A stretch of DNA of 18,350 nt from Elainellaceae cyanobacterium (GCA_051117555.1 JBNPEG010000020.1:1-18350), one strand, 5' to 3'. Counted from the first letter of the stretch, positions 1-9,409 are shown. Notes: a model not told the origin generated them from the letters alone. Numbers and translations: made by a program.

Positions 1-133
1 TTTAGCCTACTATCGCAGAGAAGAATTAACGAGAAAATAAGAGATTGACTATCAGCAACAATTAAGATTGCCTGCTTAAGCTGGTTGTGGAGATTTGAAG
101 AATCTCAATCATCTCCAGGTGAAATGAAAGGAT

Positions 134-156
134 AGGGGCATTTGACTAACGCCCCT
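134..156 (-). terminator. Putative intrinsic terminator downstream of the small membrane protein gene
   Basis: Minus-strand RNA AGGGGCGUU-AGUCA-AAUGCCCCU (9-bp stem with one G-U pair), then AUCCUUUCAUUUC; lies 17 nt after the stop at 174. Confidence 0.5.
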
Positions 157-173
157 CCCAACTAAACTGTCTA

Positions 174-398
174 CTACCTCAAGGATTCAAAAATAACGGC
201 AATACCCAATACCAAGAGGGCCGATATCGCGAGTCGCCACCACCACTCTGCCATGGCTAAAAGCAGTAAGTAGGCAAATGGTGTTGCGCCGAGAACAGCG
301 GAGATCAAACCAACAGTCCCCAGTCCAAAAATGAACAGCATGAAATACTTGATGAATCGACACGTAAACTGAAAAAGAAGACTGTGTTTGTGTAGCAT
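174..398 (-). CDS. Small hypothetical membrane protein (74 aa, about 2 TM helices)
   Basis: ATG at 398 with an in-frame stop just upstream; two hydrophobic stretches (FMLFIFGLGTVGLISAVLG; LAISALLVLGIAVIF); co-directional with the NfeD-like gene and followed by a terminator-like hairpin. Confidence 0.7.
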   Translation of the reverse strand: MLHKHSLLFQFTCRFIKYFMLFIFGLGTVGLISAVLGATPFAYLLLLAMAEWWWRLAISALLVLGIAVIFESLR

Positions 399-494
399 GC
401 TTTTCTATCCATTCAAACAATGCATCGCACGACGAACCTGAGAACCCCCTTTAGTAGCTTTGGATTCCAGAAACTCTAAGTTTTCGAATAGGCA

Positions 495-785
495 TTATGA
501 AGCAGCGGGTAGGCAAAGCTGAATTGGTTCGATGAGGAGCGTAATATTTTTCCGCCCAATAACACGCACCCGTGCCCCTGGAGATACTATCGTCGGGTAG
601 TTGCAACGGGCAGGCCATGATGAGCCATCATAGTAAACCCGTCCAGTCTGGCCTATAAAAATCATTTCCTCGACGATCGCTTCTCCAGTTGAGTAAGGAT
701 ACTGGTCAAAGGACGCTTCGACAGAAGTATCCAATTCTGTCCCGAAGAGAAGACGGGTAAAGAATTGAGTCCAGCTAGATTCCAT
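495..785 (-). CDS. NfeD-like C-terminal OB-fold protein (short, no evident TM segment)
   Basis: GEAIVEE...GRVYYDGSSWPARC...PGARVRVIGRKNITLLIEP fits the NfeD C-terminal pattern; strong SD AGGAGG upstream of the ATG. Confidence 0.85.
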   Translation of the reverse strand: MESSWTQFFTRLLFGTELDTSVEASFDQYPYSTGEAIVEEMIFIGQTGRVYYDGSSWPARCNYPTIVSPGARVRVIGRKNITLLIEPIQLCLPAAS

Positions 786-867
786 GATTCTCTCCTCCTA
801 ATCATTGGTAGACTGCTGCGGTAGATCAGTGAGTGAATGATCGTCGCTAATCCATTAATAAGAGGTC

Positions 868-919
868 AGTGTTGCTGCACGCTGCTGCTGCACCGATGCC
901 GCACTGGCGCAGCAACACT
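868..919. promoter_or_regulatory. Candidate operator array between the divergent nfeD-like and HTH-NACHT genes
   Basis: Perfect 11-bp inverted repeat AGTGTTGCTGC (868-878)/GCAGCAACACT (909-919); direct boxes TGCTGCAC 873, TGCTGCAC 886, TGCCGCAC 897; inverted box 907-914. Confidence 0.5.
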
Positions 920-1151
920 ATTTTTTACAAAGCTTTACTTTCTCGCTATGCCCTCGCAGAAAAATCCATTCCGCTGTGTTTCGAGAGCATTCAGATCTTA
1001 CTGAGATTAGCACGTCCAAGGGAGCAAATGCGGACTGAATGACATTGATTGACAATTTGTTAGCAAATTGAAAATTCCTGTTTAAGAATTCGAATTCTCT
1101 CGCTAATATTTAGTGAAACCCCAATCAGGTGTGCTCAACCTAGGCAAGTGT

Positions 1152-3575
1152 ATGGTGACAACTCATTTATATTTGACTAATGAGGGTCTTTTATCAGCAA
1201 ATCGCGCATTAAGGGATGTATTTCAGGGCAATAAGGCACAACTCGCTCGCGCAGCAGGCGTGAATCGAACGACCGTTGTTCGTTTTTTCCAGCGAAAAAA
1301 CTTAGAACTAGATAGCTTTGATGCAATCTGTACGTCTCTTGACCTACGTTATCAAGACATTGGCGAAAATCCGAGTCTTCATCCAAATTCTCTCAGCACC
1401 TCGTTTCATCCACATTCCAACGGCCTGTCTCCAAACCACAACGGGTCTGCCCAACCGAATATCGATGATATCGATGCATTGGTCGCGGAGGTGCGGGGGT
1501 TAGTTCGTCCTCGCATTCAATATGACTGCAACACGATCCAAATTCTCGGCTGGGCAGGCGGAGTCGAAACCAATGAGATTTACATCAACCTAAATCTCCT
1601 TAAGCCTCAGCAACCCGATGCAATGCGAGTTGCCGACCGAGAAAAACTCGTAGGCGAAGTCGATGAAGATAATTTTGACCGATTCGGGTTTAATCGGGTC
1701 GCAAATGAGCGTCTTCCGGGAGATGTGATCGCAGAGCGCCATGAACGCCTTGGCGTGTATGGTAAACCCGGTGCTGGAAAAACCACCTATTTGCAATGGC
1801 TGGCAATTCGCTGCAATGAGGGTGCGCTCTCTCCCAACCTAGTTCCCATCTTCGTGTATTTCAAAGACTATGCTGAGGCAGAAAACAGACCGAGTTTACA
1901 AGCATATATCGAACGATATTTGGTGGCATGCCACGTTCCCAACGTCGCATCCACGCTAGGATTACTGCTTCAACACGGTCGCATTTTTTTGATTTTAGAT
2001 GGCTTAGATGAAGTTCAAGATGCTGATCGATCACGAGTTCGCAGCCAAGCCGAAGGAATTGCATCTCGATTCCGCAACTGTCGGTTTGTGTTTAGTTGCC
2101 GAAGCCCGCTATGGTACGAGTTTTCTGGGTTTACCAATGTCATCGTCTCTGAGTTCGATCGCCATCAAGTGGCGGCCTTTGCAAATAAGTGGTTTTCTAA
2201 AGTCAAAGGAAATGAGCGAAGCCAGACGTTTATCGATCGGCTGACGCGGCATATTGAAATCGCTGAGCTTGCAAAAACGCCGTTGCTGTTGACGTTGCTT
2301 TGCATTGTCTTTAACGAAGAAAATACGTTTCCTCGGTATCGTTCCGATGTATACGACGAGGGATTAACGATTCTCTTGGGCAAATGGGATGAATTTCGGG
2401 GCGTGCAGCGTAATCGAGTGCATCGAGTGGTCAGCACGGAAGATAGACTCTATCGCAGTTTAAGCACAGAAGAGAAAAAAGCGCTCCTTAAGAAGGTTGC
2501 GACGAAGTTTTTTCTAGAACAACAAACCCTATTCTGGAAGCGCGATGTAGAGATTGTCATTGAAGACTATTTCCAAGATATTCACGGAATTGCTCCGTCT
2601 TTAGTACCTGCCAGTGAAATCTTACAAGCCATCGAGTTACAACATGGTTTAATCGTTAGACGAGCGTCGAACTATTGCTCATTCTCTCATCTGACGTTTC
2701 AAGAGTATTTCACAGCGAGCGGGCTGGTCGAAACGGGGCAGCATGCGCTGATCTACAAACACATTCTTGAGCCCCGCTGGCGATTTGTAATTGAGCTGAT
2801 TTCTGAACAACTGCATCAGTCAGTAGCAGATGAGTTTTTTATCGGGTTTAAACGAGCAGTAGACAAACTCGTCGAGGCGAACGATAAGATTCAAGAATTT
2901 TTAAATTGGGTGGATAGCATTGCAGCAACCATGTCAGTGACGATTCACACCAGACAGGCATATAAGCAAGTTTTGCTGCGAGCATGGTATTTCGTCTATA
3001 CCTTTAATGACGTGGGCATCGTGTCAAACATTGGCAGGGTTTCGCACAATCGGTTTGTATTTCCCGATGACCAGTTTGCAACTAGCGCTATCTCTAGCCA
3101 AACATTAGACTTTCATTCCCGATTTTATAAAGCCTTTCATGCGAGCAAAGAAGACTACCGAGCCTTTTTGACGGCTGTCGATGATATCTATGCTCGCATG
3201 AGTGCATCGGATGACATCTTGCTTGAGACGCGAATCCATGCCTGGCAAGATACGATTCAATCGCAGCAGCAACACCATCGGCACGTTCTCGATTGGTGGC
3301 AGGCATATCGTCCGTATTGGCAAGATCGCGTGCAGAAATTTATGGCGTGGCAATTTAATCTGAAATGCGACTGGAATTTTAGCGCTGAAGAAGAGACGAT
3401 GTTGACAGGGTACTATTATGCAACAAAGCTTCTTTCAGACTGCATGAATCGGTCGCCAAAGATCAGTGAGGCGACCTACGATGAACTGACTCGAAATTTA
3501 CTCAGACCCGGAATAGTTGGTTATCCAGACGATTTGGATAACGGCTTTCTAGATGGAGATTATTATCTACGCTGA
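1152..3575 (+). CDS. NACHT-family (STAND) NTPase with an N-terminal XRE-like HTH and a C-terminal helical (NCH2-like) domain
   Basis: HTH: KAQLARAAGVNRTTVVRFF...FDAICTSLDL; Walker A GKPGAGKTT; Walker B LILDGLDEV; TPLLL; winged-helix FSHLTFQEYFTA; C-terminal WW...DWNFS...YYYATKLLSDCM. ATG 1152 preferred over GTG 1113, but the start is uncertain. Confidence 0.9.
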   Translation: MVTTHLYLTNEGLLSANRALRDVFQGNKAQLARAAGVNRTTVVRFFQRKNLELDSFDAICTSLDLRYQDIGENPSLHPNSLSTSFHPHSNGLSPNHNGSAQPNIDDIDALVAEVRGLVRPRIQYDCNTIQILGWAGGVETNEIYINLNLLKPQQPDAMRVADREKLVGEVDEDNFDRFGFNRVANERLPGDVIAERHERLGVYGKPGAGKTTYLQWLAIRCNEGALSPNLVPIFVYFKDYAEAENRPSLQAYIERYLVACHVPNVASTLGLLLQHGRIFLILDGLDEVQDADRSRVRSQAEGIASRFRNCRFVFSCRSPLWYEFSGFTNVIVSEFDRHQVAAFANKWFSKVKGNERSQTFIDRLTRHIEIAELAKTPLLLTLLCIVFNEENTFPRYRSDVYDEGLTILLGKWDEFRGVQRNRVHRVVSTEDRLYRSLSTEEKKALLKKVATKFFLEQQTLFWKRDVEIVIEDYFQDIHGIAPSLVPASEILQAIELQHGLIVRRASNYCSFSHLTFQEYFTASGLVETGQHALIYKHILEPRWRFVIELISEQLHQSVADEFFIGFKRAVDKLVEANDKIQEFLNWVDSIAATMSVTIHTRQAYKQVLLRAWYFVYTFNDVGIVSNIGRVSHNRFVFPDDQFATSAISSQTLDFHSRFYKAFHASKEDYRAFLTAVDDIYARMSASDDILLETRIHAWQDTIQSQQQHHRHVLDWWQAYRPYWQDRVQKFMAWQFNLKCDWNFSAEEETMLTGYYYATKLLSDCMNRSPKISEATYDELTRNLLRPGIVGYPDDLDNGFLDGDYYLR

Positions 3576-3629
3576 TTGGGAGCAATCAAGACTTGTCGTC
3601 TCGAACGGTGGTGAATCCCTGGGTCGAAC

Positions 3630-3663
3630 GTGTGTAGAATCCCGCGCCGGGGGTTCTACACAC
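3630..3663 (+). other. Strong 14-bp stem-loop downstream of the NACHT gene (terminator/stability hairpin or part of a structured RNA)
   Basis: GTGTGTAGAATCCC-gcgccg-GGGGTTCTACACAC with one U-G wobble on the + strand; no U-tract follows. Confidence 0.55.
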
Positions 3664-4065
3664 AAATCTAAGCCCGTAGGGTTTATATTAAGTTCAAAAA
3701 TTAAATTCAGAGGCGGTGACGTTGGGCGCGAGGCGTACTCTGTCGGCGCACTGAAATTAACGCGAAAAACGCTATAACACGGTAGCCCTGACGGGGAAGG
3801 CTCTGTTACGATGAATCTCAATTTTACACGGGCAAAAGGCTATCCCCCTTGAAGTAGATGGCAATCTGATGCTGATTCGTAATCATTGACATACTTAACC
3901 ATGTTTGAGCCTGCAAGATTGAGTGCGGCGTGGCAGATGGTACTCGACAGAGATGCGATCGCCCCCGATTCAGTGCTAACGTTGCCGTGGCTCGTTATGA
4001 TTCGTATACCATTAGCCGTTCTGTTAGCTACATAGACTGGGCAGTCTTAATCATCCCGATGGAAC

Positions 4066-7000
4066 TTGGGAATGTATAGAATGAAGCACCACAATTTCAT
4101 CATCGGTCAGCCTACGCGTTACAAGCTCTCGTGTGGAATTCGTCGGTTTTTTCATATCGGAACATGGCTAGGCAGCTTCGCTGCGATCGCCGGAGGAGCG
4201 GGTGTCCTGAGCGGACTGCACTACGTTAATCAACGGGTTTTGCCCCCTCTTTCCAAGGAAATCAGCCGTTCCCTGCAACGCCCCGTCTTGTTAGGGAATG
4301 TCAAATATATTTCTGCAACTCGCGTGCGATTGGGCGCATCGGCTATTCCCGCGACTGAGGGCGATCGCGACGAGGTCATGATTGAGGCGGTTGATATTAG
4401 CTTTTCTCCTCTCGATGCCCTAGATGGCAACATCGGGCTCACCGTGACCCTCATCAACCCCGATATTTATCTCGATCAGAATGAGTCTAACGACTGGCTG
4501 GAGACTGATTTGAGCTTTCAAGGGGGCGATCGCCTCGATGTCGAAGAAGTGCGCCTCCGGGGTGCAACCCTGACCCTAGCACCGCATGATCAGTCCTCAC
4601 AATCACTGGGGAACTCGGTCACACTTCACCAGGTGCGCTCCAGCGTCCGGTGGAATGACGCAGCAGAACGGCTTGACTTTCGCATTGGGGCACGAGCCAA
4701 TCAGGGAGGTCGACTGCATGCCAAGGGGACGTGGAAAGTCGATGATCAATCGGCGGATATTGCAGTCACTCTAAAAAATGTGGCGATCGCCCCGTTTGAC
4801 TCGATGATGCCACCGGGGATCGCATTTGATGCAGGCACTCTCAGCGGACAGGTGCAAGCTCAGACCCGACCCAATTCTCCCCTAGCGCTCACTGGAACGG
4901 CCAATATCAAGAATGTTGCAGCATGGGTTGAGGGTGAACCTAATCCATTTACTGAAACGGGAGGGCACCTACGCTTCCAAGGTCAAGAAATTTTAGTGAC
5001 TGATGGCGTAACTCGCTACGGCAAAATTCCGTTTCAATTGCATGGCTCTATTCATTTGCAGGATGGGTTAAACCTTGCCGCAGAGGTCGATTCGGTGAGC
5101 GTACCCGATTTTATGGAAACGTTTGATTTGTCGCTGCCGGTTCCGGCTGAAGGCGCGTTTCATGCCGAAAACGTCACCGTTTCCGGATCATTCGATCACA
5201 TGGTGTTTGCAGGCACAGTCTATAATTCCAAACCGATTTGGCTGGGCGACGTTGAGCTAGCAACTGCCCGCACCGATTTCACCCTCGACAAACGCACCGA
5301 TAGACTCCACCTGATCGACACCGAATTCATTCCTGCGGTGGGTGGGGCGATCGCCGGGAATGCCAGCATCCAGATTGATACCGACGTCAATGATGCGGAC
5401 ATCGCCTTAACCGTTGACGAGGTGCCTGCGGATGCACTGGCTGAAACTCTCGGCATCACTCCGGCGATCGCCCTGGGCAGCGTCGATGCGTCAGGGCAGG
5501 TCAGACTCAGCGGCGATGATTTACTCACAAACTTGCAGTGGCGCGCATCTGGGGGAGACTACCCGGCTCAAGGCAGCCTTCGGGTTGTCAATGATGCTAT
5601 TCATCTGGAGGATGCCACGATTCAAGTGGCAGGCAGCCCCATCAAAGCTGAAGGCTCCATAGCAGACGGTAATTGGCACGCGACTCTATCCGCATCAGAC
5701 CTAGCGCTCCACCGTCTATCGCCCGATTTGCCGGGTGTGGTGACGGGGCAGGTGCGCCTCGCAGGCGGGTTAGATACCAGTCGCCTCCAAGATATTCAGG
5801 CAGAGGGTGACGTTGAGGTGGCAAACGCCGTCGACTTTCTGCCTGAACCGATTGCGGCAACTCTCCAGTGGGATGGCGATCGCCTGCACATTCAGCAGGC
5901 GACATCCCCCGGATTTGCGCTCAGCGGCTGGCTCACGCCCCGATTTGAAGGAGCCGTCCCGAGCATTTCAGCATTGAATTCATCCGCGCTAAATCTCAAT
6001 GTCCGAGTAGACGACTATGATCTAGCGACGCTGCCCGCACCCGTGCCCGACAGCATGCCCGTTGCCGGACGTACTCGCTTTGCAGGGCAGATTACCGGAA
6101 CGCCTGATCGTCCCCATCTCGATGGTCATTTAACCCTTCGAGATTTTGCACTCGGGGCGATCGCCTTTGAACCGAGTCTTTCTGGTTCCGTACAGGTTGG
6201 TGCCGATCGAGATATAGCGGTCAATCTGTTGGGGGAAAGGGATCGCATTGCAGCGGCATTCACATCTCAAAACCAGCTCAGGTTTGATGTGCAGCACCGC
6301 CAGGCAACTGCCGTTGGGCACGTGGTGGGCGATCGCCTGCAGGCAGCGGTGGAGCAGGTTCCGCTGAGCTTAATCGCCGATATTTCATCGCAGACCTCGG
6401 ATTTAAGCTCAAAGCTGGGTCACGCTGTGAATTTGGAGACTCTAGATGGAACGGCATCGAGTCAGATTGATCTGGACTGGACAGATGCGACAAACCCGAC
6501 GCTCACGGCACAAATCGCGATCGCCAATCTTACGATGAAAGAATTGCCGTCTGAGCGTCAAGCCCACCATCAGGGCGATCGCCTAACGGGCAATCTGCAC
6601 TATCAGAATGGAGTCGCCTCTCTCACAGACGGGCATCTGCTTTTTGGAGATAGCCGAATTCGCCTCGACGGGCAATTCACATCTAACACGTCTCACCTGA
6701 CCGGACAACTCGCGGTCGATCACGGAACAGTAGACGATATTCTGACTGCGGTTCAGTGGGTTGAAACTCCCCAAGAAATCCCGTGGATTGCGCCGTCGCT
6801 GATGGACGCAGTTGTGAATTCCCCTGCTGTTGAAGAGTCGCTGTTGCTGGATTTACAACAAGGCGTTGAAGGCTCGTTTACCGGGAATCTTGCCGTTCAG
6901 TCAAGCCCAGAATCAGGGCTCAATGCTCGCCTCAGCGTCAACGGCAGCAACTGGCAATGGGGAGACTACGCCATTCGGCGGATTGCCCTCAGAAATGCGA

Positions 7001-7971
7001 CTTGGAATGGCGAGATTTTAGATTTGCCTCAACTTCGGCTCGCAGGACTGCGGTATGGCAGGGGAAAAACGGGGTGGCGATCGCCCGACACCACTGTTTC
7101 TATCTCCTTGGATGGTCAACAGCAGAGGGGATCGCTGCAAATGGCTCATATTCCATTGGCGATCGCAGGTCAACTGATGGACAGCCCCTTGGCAATCAAT
7201 GGTGAATTTCACGGACGCGCCCTCTGGACAGGCGACCTGGCAGACCCTTCAGTAGACGGAGAGCTAGTCCTGCAAAACCCTCAGATGGGGCGCATCGGCA
7301 TGTCTGAGTTGGCAGTCGGTTTTGACTACGAAGACGACCATCTCCGCATCGGAGATTGGCGCGAAACCAGCACTCTAGACACGCTCGTCTCGGTTGGGCG
7401 AATTCCCCTCGTCACCGTGGGGCAAAATGCGCTGAATGCCTATGCCAAATCTGCCTTTAGCCCGTCTCATCCTCCGTCGCGCACCGTACCCCGGCAGCCC
7501 TCTGAGCAAATCGGCTTAGACAGCGGGGGCGTAGAGCAGATTCTTTTTTCCTACGGATTGCTGCAACCGTCATTCAGCATGGACGATCTAGAACGGTTTG
7601 CCTACACGGGTGACGTGCCTGATGGGTGGCAGTTTTACTTTTCGCTGGCTCAGATTGCTCCAGAAGAATTGCAAACGCTATTAACCCAAGAGGTTGCTGT
7701 TAATCTAAGCGTAGTTGATCACATGCTGAATTCGTCTTTGGGAGAGCGCATGTTGTCATACCTCGGCCAAATTGTTCATACGCCGTCCCGCCAAGCCAAT
7801 GTTCAAGCATTGCGCGCTGCGATTGTATCGTCTGTTCAACATGATGGACGGCTCTCTCTGCTTGAGCTATTGCGGCACTATCCTAGCGATGAAATCTATG
7901 TGGATATCAATCAGCTTGTCAGATTCTTAACTGTGATGGATGCAGCCATCGCGCCTGCGAATGAGGAATGA
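4066..7971 (+). CDS. TamB/AsmA-like (DUF748-type) envelope protein with a C-terminal DUF1400-like domain
   Basis: N-terminal TM anchor, then LSKEISRSLQRPVLLGNV...RLGASAIPAT, typical of cyanobacterial TamB N-termini; long Gly-rich beta-repeat region; C-terminal EQILFSYG...LERFAYTG...LGERMLSYLGQIV...ALRAAIV...DGRLSLLELLRHYP. The start may be 4072 or 4081. Confidence 0.8.
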   Translation: MGMYRMKHHNFIIGQPTRYKLSCGIRRFFHIGTWLGSFAAIAGGAGVLSGLHYVNQRVLPPLSKEISRSLQRPVLLGNVKYISATRVRLGASAIPATEGDRDEVMIEAVDISFSPLDALDGNIGLTVTLINPDIYLDQNESNDWLETDLSFQGGDRLDVEEVRLRGATLTLAPHDQSSQSLGNSVTLHQVRSSVRWNDAAERLDFRIGARANQGGRLHAKGTWKVDDQSADIAVTLKNVAIAPFDSMMPPGIAFDAGTLSGQVQAQTRPNSPLALTGTANIKNVAAWVEGEPNPFTETGGHLRFQGQEILVTDGVTRYGKIPFQLHGSIHLQDGLNLAAEVDSVSVPDFMETFDLSLPVPAEGAFHAENVTVSGSFDHMVFAGTVYNSKPIWLGDVELATARTDFTLDKRTDRLHLIDTEFIPAVGGAIAGNASIQIDTDVNDADIALTVDEVPADALAETLGITPAIALGSVDASGQVRLSGDDLLTNLQWRASGGDYPAQGSLRVVNDAIHLEDATIQVAGSPIKAEGSIADGNWHATLSASDLALHRLSPDLPGVVTGQVRLAGGLDTSRLQDIQAEGDVEVANAVDFLPEPIAATLQWDGDRLHIQQATSPGFALSGWLTPRFEGAVPSISALNSSALNLNVRVDDYDLATLPAPVPDSMPVAGRTRFAGQITGTPDRPHLDGHLTLRDFALGAIAFEPSLSGSVQVGADRDIAVNLLGERDRIAAAFTSQNQLRFDVQHRQATAVGHVVGDRLQAAVEQVPLSLIADISSQTSDLSSKLGHAVNLETLDGTASSQIDLDWTDATNPTLTAQIAIANLTMKELPSERQAHHQGDRLTGNLHYQNGVASLTDGHLLFGDSRIRLDGQFTSNTSHLTGQLAVDHGTVDDILTAVQWVETPQEIPWIAPSLMDAVVNSPAVEESLLLDLQQGVEGSFTGNLAVQSSPESGLNARLSVNGSNWQWGDYAIRRIALRNATWNGEILDLPQLRLAGLRYGRGKTGWRSPDTTVSISLDGQQQRGSLQMAHIPLAIAGQLMDSPLAINGEFHGRALWTGDLADPSVDGELVLQNPQMGRIGMSELAVGFDYEDDHLRIGDWRETSTLDTLVSVGRIPLVTVGQNALNAYAKSAFSPSHPPSRTVPRQPSEQIGLDSGGVEQILFSYGLLQPSFSMDDLERFAYTGDVPDGWQFYFSLAQIAPEELQTLLTQEVAVNLSVVDHMLNSSLGERMLSYLGQIVHTPSRQANVQALRAAIVSSVQHDGRLSLLELLRHYPSDEIYVDINQLVRFLTVMDAAIAPANEE

Positions 7972-8130
7972 GTTTGGACAGATTCCTGGATTCTTTTCGG
8001 GGCTTTTCTTGATCAATTAGAATCTTATTCCAGAAGCCAGGGATCTAAATCGCTAGATTGTCTGTTTGGTTAGCAACTCGATTCGTCTCAACCTTTCACG
8101 TAACTCACTCAATGTCTACTCTAATTCTGT

Positions 8131-9204
8131 ATGACTCAAGAGCCATCGCCAAATTCGCCAAAGCCTATTCGTCAAGGCCCTAGCAGCTTAATTGCCGGGG
8201 CAACCTATCCGTTTCGGGCGCTGGGGCTATTTGCGAAGTATCCCAAATACCGAGGATATGTGCTGATTCCTATTCTGATTAATATTCTGTTGGGGATCAC
8301 TCTCTATGCCGGGTCGCTCTATCTGGGATTTCGGCTGATTGATGCGATCGCCAACAGCATTTCAAATTGGGTCATGCAGCCCCACGATTTGTCTGCCAGC
8401 CTTCCGGCTGTTAGTCTTCCGGCTGTCAGCCTTCCTGACTGGCGCGTGCAGATTCCCTGGCTCTCCAATGCGATCGCCCATATAGGGCACGCGATATCGA
8501 ATGGGTTTTCTAGTCTCGGCAATGCCCTGCCCTCCCTACCGGACTGGCATCTTTCCCTACCCGATTGGACTATTCGTCTCCCCGACTGGGATATCCGACT
8601 CCCTGATTGGTTTCAGGCATTACCGTCCTGGGGCGCGTTGGTTTTAATTTGGATAGTGCGCGTTTTGCTGACGATTGTGCTGCTGTTCGTGACAGGCTTC
8701 ATTCTGCTCCAGTTTGGCGTACTGCTCGGGTCTCCGTGGTATGGCAAACTCTCTGAAGACATTGAAACCCTAAAAACCGGGCAGGCGGTCATTATTGAAG
8801 TGGGGCTGGTGCGCGATATTGGGCGGGCGATCGCCTACGAACTCAAAAAACTGGTGATCGTCATTGGCTTGGGGATTCCACTGCTGCTGCTGGGGTTCTT
8901 TCCGGGCGTTGGCACGCTGGTAGGCACGATCGGTGGTATCACCATCACAGCCACCCTGGCCTGTATGGATTTCATCGATTCTCCATTAGAACGACGACGG
9001 CTGAGATTTCGTCAAAAACTTGGCATCATTTGGAAGAGTTTACCTGCCAGCGCAACCTTTGGACTGATGTGTTTGGGGCTGATTAGCATTCCGCTTATTA
9101 ACCTACTGGCGATTCCACTTTGCGTAGCGGGCGGGACGCTGTTTGCGTGCGATCGCATCCTCCCCCGGTTGCAACTCCCCAACGGTGCTAATAAAAAGTA
9201 CTGA
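8131..9204 (+). CDS. EI24-domain (CysZ-like) membrane protein with an internal repeat insert
   Basis: GATYPFRAL...YVLIPILINILLG; LLQFGVLLGSPWYGKLSE; RDIGRAIAYELKK; MDFIDSPLERRRLRFRQK; IPLINLLAIPLCVAGGTLF. Confidence 0.85.
   Translation: MTQEPSPNSPKPIRQGPSSLIAGATYPFRALGLFAKYPKYRGYVLIPILINILLGITLYAGSLYLGFRLIDAIANSISNWVMQPHDLSASLPAVSLPAVSLPDWRVQIPWLSNAIAHIGHAISNGFSSLGNALPSLPDWHLSLPDWTIRLPDWDIRLPDWFQALPSWGALVLIWIVRVLLTIVLLFVTGFILLQFGVLLGSPWYGKLSEDIETLKTGQAVIIEVGLVRDIGRAIAYELKKLVIVIGLGIPLLLLGFFPGVGTLVGTIGGITITATLACMDFIDSPLERRRLRFRQKLGIIWKSLPASATFGLMCLGLISIPLINLLAIPLCVAGGTLFACDRILPRLQLPNGANKKY
8401..8631 (+). repeat. In-frame coding repeats: LPAVS x2 (15 bp) and LP(D/S)Wxxx x5 (21-bp period)
   Basis: cttccggctgttagt/cttccggctgtcagc from 8401; LPDW/LPSW units start at 8536, 8557, 8578, 8599 and 8620. 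Confidence 0.85.
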
Positions 9205-9409
9205 TCAACACCCAGGGACATCCCATCAAGGGATCGTCAATTTGTTCATAGCAAACGATTTAATACGACCGATTTCAGGTAAAACGAGTTCAACGAAAAG
9301 TTTTGTAATGAATTGCGCTGTTTTCAAACAATTGCTCGGAAAATAGCCAATAATATCGGCTTCGATATTAGCCTCGACACCCCAGACCCAAACCGTTAGG
9401 ACTTTGCTC

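Noticed and set aside
3553..3821. Short ORFs 3553-3777 (+) and 3567-3821 (-)
   Set aside because: No recognisable motifs or RBS; the region is better explained as structured intergenic sequence.
3826..3860. ACACGGGCAAAAGG resembling the start of a c-di-GMP-I riboswitch
   Set aside because: The GAAA-tetraloop stem and the following GACGCAAAG motif are absent.
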